From: an uncultured Sulfolobales archaeon
GTDB taxonomy: Archaea; Thermoproteota; Thermoprotei_A; Sulfolobales; NBVN01
DNA length: 64,000 nt
Direction of reading: 5' to 3'
NCBI GenBank assembly: GCA_937949785.1
Contig: CALEDH010000008.1
Location: 170,028 to 234,027, forward strand
Below the pieces are notes generated by a model. That model saw only the letters and a program-made list of their open reading frames with translations, made no database searches and was not told the origin of the DNA. Shown piece by piece: positions 54,515-63,898 of this stretch; within the stretch, counting starts at the first letter, position 1; each line of letters opens with the position of its first letter. The translations under genes were made by a program, and so were the position numbers.

Positions 54515-55478
54515 TGTCTACATCGTTATTTACCAACCTATTAATAGCCTCTGCAGCTGCTTCACCATCCATAGACTTTAAGTACTCGACTTCATGACCT
54601 AAAGCGCTTTCAGGGTCCTTTAAAGCGCTTCCTGTAGCTATAGCTACGACTAGCTCATCTGCTTTGATGATCCCTAAATCAACAGCCTTCTTTACCCCGG
54701 CAATAGATGCCGCACTAGCTGGTTCGACACCCAGACCTTCCGCCCTTGCAAGCATTTTCTGAGCCTCACATATCTCTAAATCACTAACCGCTAACGCATT
54801 ACCACCACTTTCCTTAAGCACTTTCAACGCCCTCTCCCAATGTACCGGGCTACCGATCTTAATGGCTGATGCTATGGTTTCAACACTAACCTGCGGTACG
54901 TATCTACCGTTGTGGAATGCCTTAACTATCGGTGAGGCCCCATCCGCCTGAACTGCTAATATCTTAGGCAGCTTGCTGATAAGTCCAGCCATCATAAGTT
55001 CTTTAAGCCCCTTCCATAAGGAAGTGATGTTACCTGCATTCCCTACGGGTATTGAAATCCAGTCGGGAACTCCTAACTCATCAACTATCTCATAACCTAC
55101 AGTCTTCTGGCCTTCAAGCCTCCACGGATTTATAGAGTTTAGCGGGTAGACCTTCAAATCCTTCGCTAGATTTATAACTAACTTCATTGCTAGGTCGAAA
55201 TTACCGTTCACCTCAATAACAGTGGCGCCGTAGAGCACTGCCTGAGCCATCTTACCACTAGCAACTCCGTTCTTAGGGACTACTAAGACCGGTTTGAGTC
55301 CAGCCTTCCTCGCATAAGCTGCCATGCTAGATGAGGTATTACCTGTGGATGCGCATACAACTGCCTTAGCACCTAAGTACTTCGCCATTGAGATAGCTAC
55401 TGTCATACCTCTATCCTTAAAACTGCCTGTTGGGTTACTCCCCTCATACTTTACGTAGAGGTTATTAACCCCTAACAT
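54492..55478 (-). CDS. thrC: Threonine synthase (coordinates are for the portion with a canonical start; conserved N-terminal ~90 codons continue in frame upstream to 55757 without ATG/GTG/TTG)
   Basis: PLP-lysine motif 'GSFKDRGMT', 'ASTGNTS' and 'PVGNAGN'. The upstream in-frame translation 'LVCDKCGKTYDILSYKVVCDCGGLLRVEL...STWRYRELIPLP...ITLQEGGTPLI' is the normal ThrC zinc-ribbon and N-domain. Confidence 0.85.
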   Translation of the reverse strand: MLGVNNLYVKYEGSNPTGSFKDRGMTVAISMAKYLGAKAVVCASTGNTSSSMAAYARKAGLKPVLVVPKNGVASGKMAQAVLYGATVIEVNGNFDLAMKLVINLAKDLKVYPLNSINPWRLEGQKTVGYEIVDELGVPDWISIPVGNAGNITSLWKGLKELMMAGLISKLPKILAVQADGASPIVKAFHNGRYVPQVSVETIASAIKIGSPVHWERALKVLKESGGNALAVSDLEICEAQKMLARAEGLGVEPASAASIAGVKKAVDLGIIKADELVVAIATGSALKDPESALGHEVEYLKSMDGEAAAEAINRLVNNDVDIRYGSTY

Positions 55479-55766
55479 CCTTCCTAGATTCCTAGCATAG
55501 ATTAAAGGTGTCCCACCCTCCTGAAGCGTTATTACTTCAGCATCTTTAGGTAATGGGATTAACTCCCTATACCTCCAAGTAGAGATCTTCCTACTTCTGA
55601 ATAGCTCCCAACTTAGGTTTGGGGGGATATCGTTTAACTCTACCCTGAGCAGGCCGCCGCAGTCGCAGACTACCTTATAACTTAGAATATCGTAGGTCTT
55701 CCCGCACTTATCACAAACTAACTGGTTTGGAGTATGGTAATCACCTGGTAAATTACTTACCTAGGG

Positions 55767-55774
55767 TTTAAATA
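55767..55774 (-). promoter_or_regulatory. TATA box of the thrC promoter (predicts a leaderless transcript starting at GTG 55744)
   Basis: 'tatttaaa' on the thrC strand. There are 22 nt between its 3' end and the GTG at 55744-55742, which places the box centre at about -27. Confidence 0.45.
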
Positions 55775-55833
55775 GTTAACTACAAAAACGTTAATAATGA
55801 GTTAATCTACTGATGTATTAGTAGGCGGGGTTT

Positions 55834-57117
55834 ATGGTTGGGTTGAGGAATACTTTAAGCGTTGGTAGGGGTGTTAAGAGCATATACGATGAAATCTACG
55901 GTTACATACCTGTATCAGATCTTGAACTTAAGGTTATTGAAACACCGACAGTCCAGAGGTTAAGGAGGGTTAAGCAATTAGCTCTTGCATGGTATGTTTA
56001 CCCAGGAGCTGTACATACTAGGTTTTCCCACTCGTTAGGAGTAATGCACATCATAGGGCTTATTACCGATAAGTTAATCAATGAAGGGTTCATAAGGAGG
56101 GATGACTACGAACTACTTAGAATTGCTAGCATACTCCACGACGTAGGTCACACACCATATAGTCATGCCATAGAGCTTCATATGACTCAGACGTTTAGGA
56201 TAAGACATGAAGAGCTAGCTACGTACATAATTGAGAACGACCCATACATAAACGACGTGTTCTCAGAGTATGGTGTGAGTTCTAAGGAAGTCTCATCAAT
56301 AATTAGGGGTACTCATAAAGAACCTCTGTATAACATGCTACTCTCAAGCGACTTAGATGCTGATAGGATTGACTACTTGCTAAGAGACTCCCTACATACT
56401 GGGGTAGCATACGGTATGATAGATGTGGATAGGATCCTACACACAATAACTGTGGATAAGGAGGGGGAGTTAGCCGTACCTACAAAATCCGTGCAGGCAA
56501 TAGAGAACTTCTACCTTGCTAGGATGCATATGTACAGAGCTGTTTACCACCATAAGACCATCGCCGCATTTCAAGTGATGATGAAGTCTATATATGAGGT
56601 AATGCTTAACGAGTTGAGGGGGTACCTCGAACCCTACACGACGATGTCAAACATACTTTCAACTATTAAGAAGGGGATGTTCTACTTATGGGATGATAAC
56701 TTCATAGCAGGGCTTATGAACCTAACTTTAGTGAAGAACCTAGGTAGTGATGAGTTAAGAGACCTTATAAGGCTCCTCCTAAATAGAGTAGGCTATAAAG
56801 CAATATATGATAGGATTAAGCTATCTCAGAAATCTCTATCTTTGATGGATAGTGAGGAGGCAGAGTCACTAAGTAGTTTAAGAGGGTTGATAACAGATAG
56901 CCTAGGCTATAAGGACTACATGGCCATTCCCTATGTCGAGGAGTTAAACCTGGTAGACGAGGATTTATGCGTTAAGATAGTAGACGGCGATACAACCGTT
57001 AGGATAACAGAGTTCGAATCATCCATCATTAACTCCATACCTAGGTACATAGCTATATCTAGACTGTACGTACATCCATACATACTTGATAAGGTTAAAG
57101 ACATGATTAAGAAGTAG
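55834..57117 (+). CDS. HD-domain phosphohydrolase (SAMHD1/dGTPase-like dNTP triphosphohydrolase family)
   Basis: Motifs 'RFSHSLGVMHI', 'LHDVGHTPYSHA' and 'DADRIDYLLRDS'. Confidence 0.8.
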   Translation: MVGLRNTLSVGRGVKSIYDEIYGYIPVSDLELKVIETPTVQRLRRVKQLALAWYVYPGAVHTRFSHSLGVMHIIGLITDKLINEGFIRRDDYELLRIASILHDVGHTPYSHAIELHMTQTFRIRHEELATYIIENDPYINDVFSEYGVSSKEVSSIIRGTHKEPLYNMLLSSDLDADRIDYLLRDSLHTGVAYGMIDVDRILHTITVDKEGELAVPTKSVQAIENFYLARMHMYRAVYHHKTIAAFQVMMKSIYEVMLNELRGYLEPYTTMSNILSTIKKGMFYLWDDNFIAGLMNLTLVKNLGSDELRDLIRLLLNRVGYKAIYDRIKLSQKSLSLMDSEEAESLSSLRGLITDSLGYKDYMAIPYVEELNLVDEDLCVKIVDGDTTVRITEFESSIINSIPRYIAISRLYVHPYILDKVKDMIKK

Positions 57118-57119
57118 CT

Positions 57120-57602
57120 TTAATGTGGGAGGACCTCCTTAAACATTAAATAAGCATCCTCACCATCAGGGTAATATCTCTTCAGAACCTTAGAAATCTT
57201 ATAGCCTAGCAATTCATACATCTTAATGGCAATGCTGTTACTTACGGCGACCTCCAACCTGAATTTATTAATCCCGTCCTGAAGGAGTCTAGATTCAACG
57301 GACATCATCAACAATTTACCGAGGCCGTACCCTCTATATTCAGGGTCTACGGCGATGGAGATTATATGTCCTGAAGAATCCTTATCAACGGCTGCTAATA
57401 CATAGCTAATAACTCTACCGCAGTGCTCACCTACTAGGAAGTACTTTGGATACAACGTCATAAACGTGATGAAGGCTATTGGCGGGTAAGGATATTTAAA
57501 TGACTTCCCCTCTATCTCAACTACGTACTTGATATCATCAATACTAGCATTCCTAATAACTAACTGGCACTTACTTTGGGTTAAGCCAACTTCAGATGAC
57601 AT
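57120..57602 (-). CDS. GNAT N-acetyltransferase (RimI / archaeal N-terminal acetyltransferase-like)
   Basis: Acetyl-CoA binding motif 'VDPEYRGYGLGKLLM' and the ~160 aa length. Confidence 0.8.
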   Translation of the reverse strand: MSSEVGLTQSKCQLVIRNASIDDIKYVVEIEGKSFKYPYPPIAFITFMTLYPKYFLVGEHCGRVISYVLAAVDKDSSGHIISIAVDPEYRGYGLGKLLMMSVESRLLQDGINKFRLEVAVSNSIAIKMYELLGYKISKVLKRYYPDGEDAYLMFKEVLPH

Positions 57603-57710
57603 TGTGGGTCATCAGGTTAACTCCTACACTATTACTCGTTAAATATGTTTAACTAGGTTAGTTATTAATAACTTATATTGTTTGATTGAGAGTGATATCG
57701 GGTATGTCTT

Positions 57711-58043
57711 ATGCAGTTTAGTAGTAAGGAACTAGCTCCATACTTTGAGTCTGAGAATAGGAGGAGGTGGGTCTTCATAGTTGGTGAGAGGCTTATGCTT
57801 ATAATGGTTGAGTTAGACCCAGGTGCGAGTGTTCCATGGCACTCCCACCAACAGGAACAAATAAGCTTTATCTTGAAGGGTAGAGCTGAAGTTAGGACGT
57901 CAGATGGTGTATACTTGATTAATGAGGGCTCTGCGTACGGTTTTAAACCAGATGAACCCCATGAGACCCGTAATCCAGGTCCTGATAAGTTAGTAGTTAT
58001 TGAGGTTTTCTCACCGCCCCGTGAAGACTTACTAAAAAAATGA
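57711..58043 (+). CDS. Cupin-domain protein
   Basis: 'PWHSHQQEQISFILKGRAEV' and 'PHETRNPG' match the two cupin motifs. Confidence 0.7.
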   Translation: MQFSSKELAPYFESENRRRWVFIVGERLMLIMVELDPGASVPWHSHQQEQISFILKGRAEVRTSDGVYLINEGSAYGFKPDEPHETRNPGPDKLVVIEVFSPPREDLLKK

Positions 58044-58065
58044 CGATGTTTTACTTATTTTTAAA

Positions 58066-58494
58066 TTAGGCTTGCTCAGGTTCTAATGGTGAGGAATCTG
58101 TTTCAGCATCATACTTCCTAACTATCCTAACACCATTTAACTCAACTATAACTACGTCTGAGGTTACAAGTATTAAGTTACCTCCCTTCACTAAATGCCC
58201 GCCATGTACGTGTCCCCACTGATCGCATACCGCTCCATGCATGTGGGTGAACCTACCGCCTTTCTCATCCCTACCTACAACTCCTGAACCGCCTAGGAAG
58301 GACAACGGCCCTACTATCTCCTTAGGCGGGCCGTAACTAGCTCCTAACTTAACGTTTGGGTTAGGTATGAAGTACATTATAGTGGCCTTAGATAGGGTTC
58401 CAGTACCTACATCAACGTATGCGTATTCGATGTTCAACTCATCACATAACTTCTCAACACCCTCTATGATGTCTGTACCTGGTTGGAGCCTCAC
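58066..58494 (-). CDS. PPC/DUF296 domain protein
   Basis: 'MRLQPGTDIIEGVEKLCDELNIEYAYV...HMHGAVCD..GHVHGGHLVKG' follows the PPC (DUF296) pattern. Confidence 0.65.
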   Translation of the reverse strand: MRLQPGTDIIEGVEKLCDELNIEYAYVDVGTGTLSKATIMYFIPNPNVKLGASYGPPKEIVGPLSFLGGSGVVGRDEKGGRFTHMHGAVCDQWGHVHGGHLVKGGNLILVTSDVVIVELNGVRIVRKYDAETDSSPLEPEQA

Positions 58495-58617
58495 TACAAC
58501 TACTCTACCTTGAGCTCCTACCGCATATTTAAACCTTACAGGAATTGAGTAACACCGATATTATATTCTTAAGATCAACATTTTAAGGTTTTAATGATTT
58601 TAGTACTGGGTTAATCA

Positions 58618-60201
58618 TTGGTAGTCAGGGGATTTATTAACTGTAAGGTCTACTCTAAATTCAAGCCTTTAAGGGTTTACGGAGGACTCGCAGTATTTGG
58701 AGGTAAGGTCGCCTACTTAGGTAGTGAGGAGGAGATAACCTCACTCATCAATAGGCTGGGAGGGGATCTAGTAGACCTTAGAGGACGTATAGTAATGCCT
58801 GGATTTATTGACAGCCATCTACACCTAACTAGCTTAGGGAGGGGTTTGAAATCCCTTGATTTAAGGGGTGTTAAGTCTATTAAGGAGGTTAAAGACCTCC
58901 TTAGAGAATTTGCCTTGAAAAGCAATAATTACTGGTTAGTAGGGCATGGATGGGATCATGAGCTCTTCGAGGAGAGGAGGTTGATTAATAGGTCTGACCT
59001 AGATGAAGTAGTTAGTGATAGACCTACAGTTCTTACTAGGATATGCCTCCACTTAGCAGTTCTTAATAGTAAGGCGTTAGAGATGTTGAGGGTTAATGAA
59101 AGATTCGGTAGCTCACCGAACTTAGTACGTGATAGTAACGGTGTTCCGACAGGTGTTGTGAGGGAGGAAGTGCTTGAGGAGGTCATCAACGATTTAAGAG
59201 GTGATGTAAACTCACTCATAGATGACTTAATTGAGGGGATTAAACACCTACTAAGTAATGGTATTACTTCGGTAGGCTTTATGAACTGCCACATAGATGA
59301 GTTCTACGCGTTACAGCTAATTAAGTTAAAGTACGGCTTACCTATTAGGATTGGGGTTTACTTAAGCGGTAAGTATGTTGACCTAATAAGTAACTTAGGA
59401 ATTGTTAGAGGGTTAGGTGATGACCATTTAAAGATATTGGGTATTAAAGTCTTTATTGATGGTTCCTTAGGTGCTCGTACAGCCTTACTCAGCGAGCCCT
59501 ACTACGACGAACCCAATACCTATGGGGTGCAGGTAACATCTGAAGAAGAGTTAAGTAAGGTCTTAAAAGTGATTACTGGTCATAAACTTCAGGTGGCAGC
59601 ACATGCGATTGGGGATAGAGCTGTTGACATGGCGTTGAAGTTCTACTCATCCCTAAGCAGTGATGATGTGGGGGAGTGTAGGCATAGGATCGAGCATATG
59701 TCCTTAGTTAAGGATGAACAGATTGTTCAGGCAAGTAGGTTAGGTGTTGTAGCTGTAGTACAGCCCAGGTTCGTGATAAGTGATTGGTGGGTAGTTGATA
59801 GAGTAGGGTTAAGTAGGGTTAAATACGTCTACGCGTTCAATAAGATAAGTAGTAACTTACCGACAGGGTTCTCAAGTGATGCACCTGTAGAGCCTGCTAA
59901 TCCTTGGGAGACTATATATGCGGCTATAACGAGGGGTGAGTACGAAGCAGTACCTCTAAGTAAGTACACCGGTGGTGAGTCCTTAAACCTATTAGATGCC
60001 CTACATATCCATACCTACGGCTCTGCCTACACGTTATTCCTAGATGATATAGCTGGTACGTTAGATGTGGGGAAGCAGGCTGACTTCATAGTAGTTGATA
60101 GGAACCCATTAGAACTAGATGTTAAGGAGGTTAGAAAAATAAGGATTTTAGAGACCTACGTTAACGGTGTTAAGGTATACCCACATCAGAACTTTAACTA
60201 G
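58618..60201 (+). CDS. Metal-dependent amidohydrolase (amidohydrolase-3 / YtcJ-like TIM-barrel hydrolase)
   Basis: 'PGFIDSHLHL' (HxH), 'FIDGSLGARTA', 'AAHAIGDRA', 'IEHMS' and 'SSDAPVEP'. Confidence 0.8.
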   Translation: MVVRGFINCKVYSKFKPLRVYGGLAVFGGKVAYLGSEEEITSLINRLGGDLVDLRGRIVMPGFIDSHLHLTSLGRGLKSLDLRGVKSIKEVKDLLREFALKSNNYWLVGHGWDHELFEERRLINRSDLDEVVSDRPTVLTRICLHLAVLNSKALEMLRVNERFGSSPNLVRDSNGVPTGVVREEVLEEVINDLRGDVNSLIDDLIEGIKHLLSNGITSVGFMNCHIDEFYALQLIKLKYGLPIRIGVYLSGKYVDLISNLGIVRGLGDDHLKILGIKVFIDGSLGARTALLSEPYYDEPNTYGVQVTSEEELSKVLKVITGHKLQVAAHAIGDRAVDMALKFYSSLSSDDVGECRHRIEHMSLVKDEQIVQASRLGVVAVVQPRFVISDWWVVDRVGLSRVKYVYAFNKISSNLPTGFSSDAPVEPANPWETIYAAITRGEYEAVPLSKYTGGESLNLLDALHIHTYGSAYTLFLDDIAGTLDVGKQADFIVVDRNPLELDVKEVRKIRILETYVNGVKVYPHQNFN

Positions 60202-60893
60202 AAGTTAAGTGACTCACCAGGCTTTAATATAATTACCTTAGTCGGTAGGTTTAAATTCTCCACACCCATCCTAAATTCCTCAGGATCCGCTCTTATTACG
60301 TCGAAGGTGTTGTAATGTATTGGGATTACGTACTTAGGCCTTATAAGCTCTACAGCCTTAACCGCTTCCCTCACACCCATAGTGAAGTGACCCCCTATAG
60401 GTAGTAGGGCTACTGAGATGTTGTATAGCTCCCCGATGAGTGCCATCTCACTAATTAAGCCAGTATCACCTGCATGGTAAACACCCCCCTCAGCACCTAT
60501 GAGTACCACCCCTGTGGGGTAGCCCTTACCTGATGAGTGATGTGCTGGTGTTAGCACAGCCGCTATCCTACCTAGCTTTACAGGCCCTCCTATATTAGCC
60601 CCTATAACCCTCTCCGAGGCGTTTGCTTGAACCCCTAAATCATTTGCAACCTCATATATGCTGAGTAATTTAACATCCTTAAGCTGTCGAAGTAATTCAG
60701 CTGCCTCCCCTACGTGGTCGAAGTGGTCGTGAGTTACTACTATATAGTTAATACTGCCTACATCCCTAACGAAGTCTTCAGCAGATTTGTAAGGTGATAG
60801 TGGATTAGTAATCCAAGGGTCTACTAATACCTTAACACCATCTAATTCTATTAAAGTAGATCCATGTCCGTACCAGGTAACCCTACCCATCAT
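60198..60893 (-). CDS. UPF0173 metal-dependent hydrolase (metallo-beta-lactamase fold)
   Basis: 'VTWYGHGSTLIELDGVKVLVDPW' and 'VTHDHFDH'. It has a 4-nt convergent overlap with the amidohydrolase gene. Confidence 0.8.
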   Translation of the reverse strand: MMGRVTWYGHGSTLIELDGVKVLVDPWITNPLSPYKSAEDFVRDVGSINYIVVTHDHFDHVGEAAELLRQLKDVKLLSIYEVANDLGVQANASERVIGANIGGPVKLGRIAAVLTPAHHSSGKGYPTGVVLIGAEGGVYHAGDTGLISEMALIGELYNISVALLPIGGHFTMGVREAVKAVELIRPKYVIPIHYNTFDVIRADPEEFRMGVENLNLPTKVIILKPGESLNF

Positions 60894-60963
60894 AAACCCC
60901 TTAACTATTTAGGGATTTTAAACTTATTAATATATCCTTCGAGGAAGTTTACGAGGTGATGGT

Positions 60964-62235
60964 ATGGGTGTTGTCATCCCGTTAGCATCAAGGATTCACG
61001 GACCTGACTACTATAGATCCCTTCTCAGGTCTGTAGAGGACTTCTTTAGAAATCATAATATTAGAGTTCTCGACGTCTTAGATTCAGACGAACTCGTAAC
61101 TAGTGATGTTGTAGATGCTGTGAGAGACCCACTGCCAATACTCCTAATACTTACAGGGGGTACTAGTAGGCTTGCGTGGAGGTTATTAAGCCTCAGTAAT
61201 GTTAGGAGAGCTGTAATAATTGCTCACAGCAGGCATAATAGCTTACCATCTGCTATATCAGTTAAGAGTAGAGCTGATGTAGAAGGCATACCTACGCGGA
61301 TATACTTCTGTAGGGATGTCGTTAGTAGTGACTGTAGTAGTCACCTCAACGAAGTAGTTGAGTTGAGTAATAGTGTTACACAACTATCCAGTATACGTGT
61401 AGCAGTAGTAAGTAATGCTGTGGATGAGTCGTACAACCTCTTCGAAGGTGTCTTAGGCATTAAAACCTCATCAGTAAGCTATGAAGAGTTAGAGAAGTTA
61501 TTCAGTGAGGTTGGTGTTGAGGAGGTAGGCCTCATAGGCAGTAAGTTAAAGATGAAGTTAGACCTGGTAGGTGTTGAGGAGGAATCATTTAAGGATGCCT
61601 TAAAGGTATACCTAGCTTTAAAGAGATTAGTAGAGCTAAATAACTTCAACGCCTTAGCCTTAGACTGCTTCCCCTTCCTAATCAAGTATAGGATTACTCC
61701 ATGCCTAGCTGTATCCCTACTTAACGATGATGGCATACCGGTAGCATGTGAAGGTGATTTAAGGTCATTGTTATCCATGCTTATTGCTAAGGCTGTAGGT
61801 AGTTGGCCTGTATGGATTGCTAATATCTCATCCGTTGAGGGTAACCGCATGGTATTAGCTCACTGTACGGTAGCGACTAAACTAGCACGTCAATGTAGGC
61901 TTATAACTCACTTCGAGTCTAACTACCCCTACTCACTCTCATGTAGTTTACCGTCAAATACGTACACCCTAGTAGGTATTGACCGGGAGTTTACGACTAT
62001 GGCAACCCTTACTGTTAGGTTAGTAGATAGTGGCTCACTATTTGATAGGATGTGTAGGACTCAGGCCGTAGTTGAATCCGATGTCGATTTAAGCTACTTC
62101 CCAAACATAGCTTTAAGTAACCACCACGTGTTAATACCGGGTAATTTAAACTTAAGACTTAAGGATATAGGGTATATGCTCGGCTTAGAAGTTATTACCT
62201 ACGAATCAGTAATTAAATACTTGATGGAGGGTTAG
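60964..62235 (+). CDS. Putative sugar isomerase (L-fucose/L-arabinose isomerase-like), otherwise hypothetical
   Basis: The size (423 aa), the 'ACEGDLRSLLSML' segment and the 6-nt spacing to rpiB suggest a COG2407-like isomerase. This is weak motif-level evidence. Confidence 0.3.
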   Translation: MGVVIPLASRIHGPDYYRSLLRSVEDFFRNHNIRVLDVLDSDELVTSDVVDAVRDPLPILLILTGGTSRLAWRLLSLSNVRRAVIIAHSRHNSLPSAISVKSRADVEGIPTRIYFCRDVVSSDCSSHLNEVVELSNSVTQLSSIRVAVVSNAVDESYNLFEGVLGIKTSSVSYEELEKLFSEVGVEEVGLIGSKLKMKLDLVGVEEESFKDALKVYLALKRLVELNNFNALALDCFPFLIKYRITPCLAVSLLNDDGIPVACEGDLRSLLSMLIAKAVGSWPVWIANISSVEGNRMVLAHCTVATKLARQCRLITHFESNYPYSLSCSLPSNTYTLVGIDREFTTMATLTVRLVDSGSLFDRMCRTQAVVESDVDLSYFPNIALSNHHVLIPGNLNLRLKDIGYMLGLEVITYESVIKYLMEG

Positions 62236-62241
62236 ACCTGT

Positions 62242-62682
62242 ATGAAGGTAGTTATAGGTGCTGATGATAATTACTACATAGCTAATTACGTAGTTAACTA
62301 CGTGAGGTCTAAGGGCTTCGACGTAGTATTAATAGGTAGTCTTAAGAGCGGTAGGCAAGAGCCTTGGCCTAAGGTAGGTTATGAGGTCGGTAAGTTAGTT
62401 GCTTCAGGCACGGCTAACTACGGCATAGTGATATGCTATACAGGTACTGGTGTCTCAATAGCTGCTAATAAGGTTAGAGGGGTTAGAGCTGCTCTATGTG
62501 TTGATGCTAAGACAGCGCAGGGTGCTAGGTTATGGAACGATGCTAACGTATTAGCTCTAAGCGCTAGACTACTCTCAGAGGAGGTTGCTAAGGAGATATT
62601 AGATGCTTGGTTCTCAGTAGAGAAGCCGGACCAGTCAGAACTGCCTAACATAAAACAGCTTAACGAGCTCCCTAACGAGTGA
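62242..62682 (+). CDS. rpiB: Ribose-5-phosphate isomerase B / sugar-phosphate isomerase RpiB-LacAB family
   Basis: 'GIVICYTGTGVSIAANKVRGVRAA' and 'ARLWNDANVLAL' match the RpiB/LacA/LacB signature. Confidence 0.8.
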   Translation: MKVVIGADDNYYIANYVVNYVRSKGFDVVLIGSLKSGRQEPWPKVGYEVGKLVASGTANYGIVICYTGTGVSIAANKVRGVRAALCVDAKTAQGARLWNDANVLALSARLLSEEVAKEILDAWFSVEKPDQSELPNIKQLNELPNE

Positions 62683-62715
62683 GGAATTAAAATGAAAAAA
62701 TTTAAGTTACCGAAC

Positions 62716-63879
62716 CTACAACTCCCTCCTTAATATGATTAGCAGCGGTATGCCTAAAGCTGATGTTAGTGTGAGGAGCTGTAGGCCGACATCATAGCTA
62801 TTCGTTAGATCGTAGGATAAGCCGCCGATCAACGGCCCAACCAACATCGAGACCGTAGCGGACGTTAGCAGTAAACCGTAATTACTCCCCAAGTACTTTG
62901 AACCACCCATCGATGCCGCTATTAAAGGTGTTAGAGCCACGTTAGTGCCGTGGACTAAACCAACTATAGATGATCCTAGGTATACTGAGGTTAAAGTCCT
63001 GTAGGTCGGGAATAAGATGGTATTTAACGTAGATACAGCGTATACCGCCATTAATATTTTAGAAATTCCTAGGTTTTGTGAGAGACCGCCTAATACTATC
63101 CTACTCATTAAGTTTACCACAGAGTAAATGCTGATAGCTAATGAGGCGGTCAGCGCTGTAGCTCCTACGTACTGTATCATAAAGGGAGTTAGGTGTGATA
63201 TTGTAAAACCATCTATTAAGCTTGTGAAGAATATCATTAACCATCCGACGTAGAAGTACTTACTCTTAAGTAGGTCTACAGGACTGATGTTCCTAACGGA
63301 TCTATCCTCATTACATGAAGGTTCATCAATTATTAGCGTAGCTACTACCATTACAGCCAGCGATGTCAGACCTATTACTAACGTAGATGTTCTCCATCCA
63401 AAGCAGTATATTAAGTAGGACATTAGGGGGGCTAATACTAAAGTCCCCAAGCTATAACCACCTGATGTGAGGCCGGCTGCTAATCCCCTACGGGTGTTGT
63501 AGTACAGCTTAACGCTTAATGTTACTGCTAAGACGTAGCCTAAGGCATGACCTATACCGTAAATACCTGCGTATGAGATGGTAAGCATTAATATGTCCTG
63601 AGATAGGGACGTTATGATCAGACCGAGACTTGATGTGGTTGTGATTACCGCTAAGGTCTGACGAAGTCCTATTTTAAACCTAACGTAATCGATGCCTAAG
63701 AACCCAACTATGTTAGTAAGGGACATCATGCTGAATGGAAGTACTGCTAGGGATCTAGGAACGTTAAACTCGCTTTCAATATGTGGTACTAAGAGAGACC
63801 AAGTATGTTTAAATCCTAGTAGGAAGTTGATTAACACGCAAAACGTGAGGGTTAGGAGGGGGTTAAATCTTAACTTCAT
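62716..63879 (-). CDS. MFS transporter
   Basis: A 387-aa protein of ~12 TM in a two-halves organisation, with a central loop and a 'TRRGLAAGLTSGG'-type motif between TM2/3-equivalents. Confidence 0.65.
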   Translation of the reverse strand: MKLRFNPLLTLTFCVLINFLLGFKHTWSLLVPHIESEFNVPRSLAVLPFSMMSLTNIVGFLGIDYVRFKIGLRQTLAVITTTSSLGLIITSLSQDILMLTISYAGIYGIGHALGYVLAVTLSVKLYYNTRRGLAAGLTSGGYSLGTLVLAPLMSYLIYCFGWRTSTLVIGLTSLAVMVVATLIIDEPSCNEDRSVRNISPVDLLKSKYFYVGWLMIFFTSLIDGFTISHLTPFMIQYVGATALTASLAISIYSVVNLMSRIVLGGLSQNLGISKILMAVYAVSTLNTILFPTYRTLTSVYLGSSIVGLVHGTNVALTPLIAASMGGSKYLGSNYGLLLTSATVSMLVGPLIGGLSYDLTNSYDVGLQLLTLTSALGIPLLIILRREL

Positions 63880-63898
63880 AGACGTCCTTCAAAACCAT

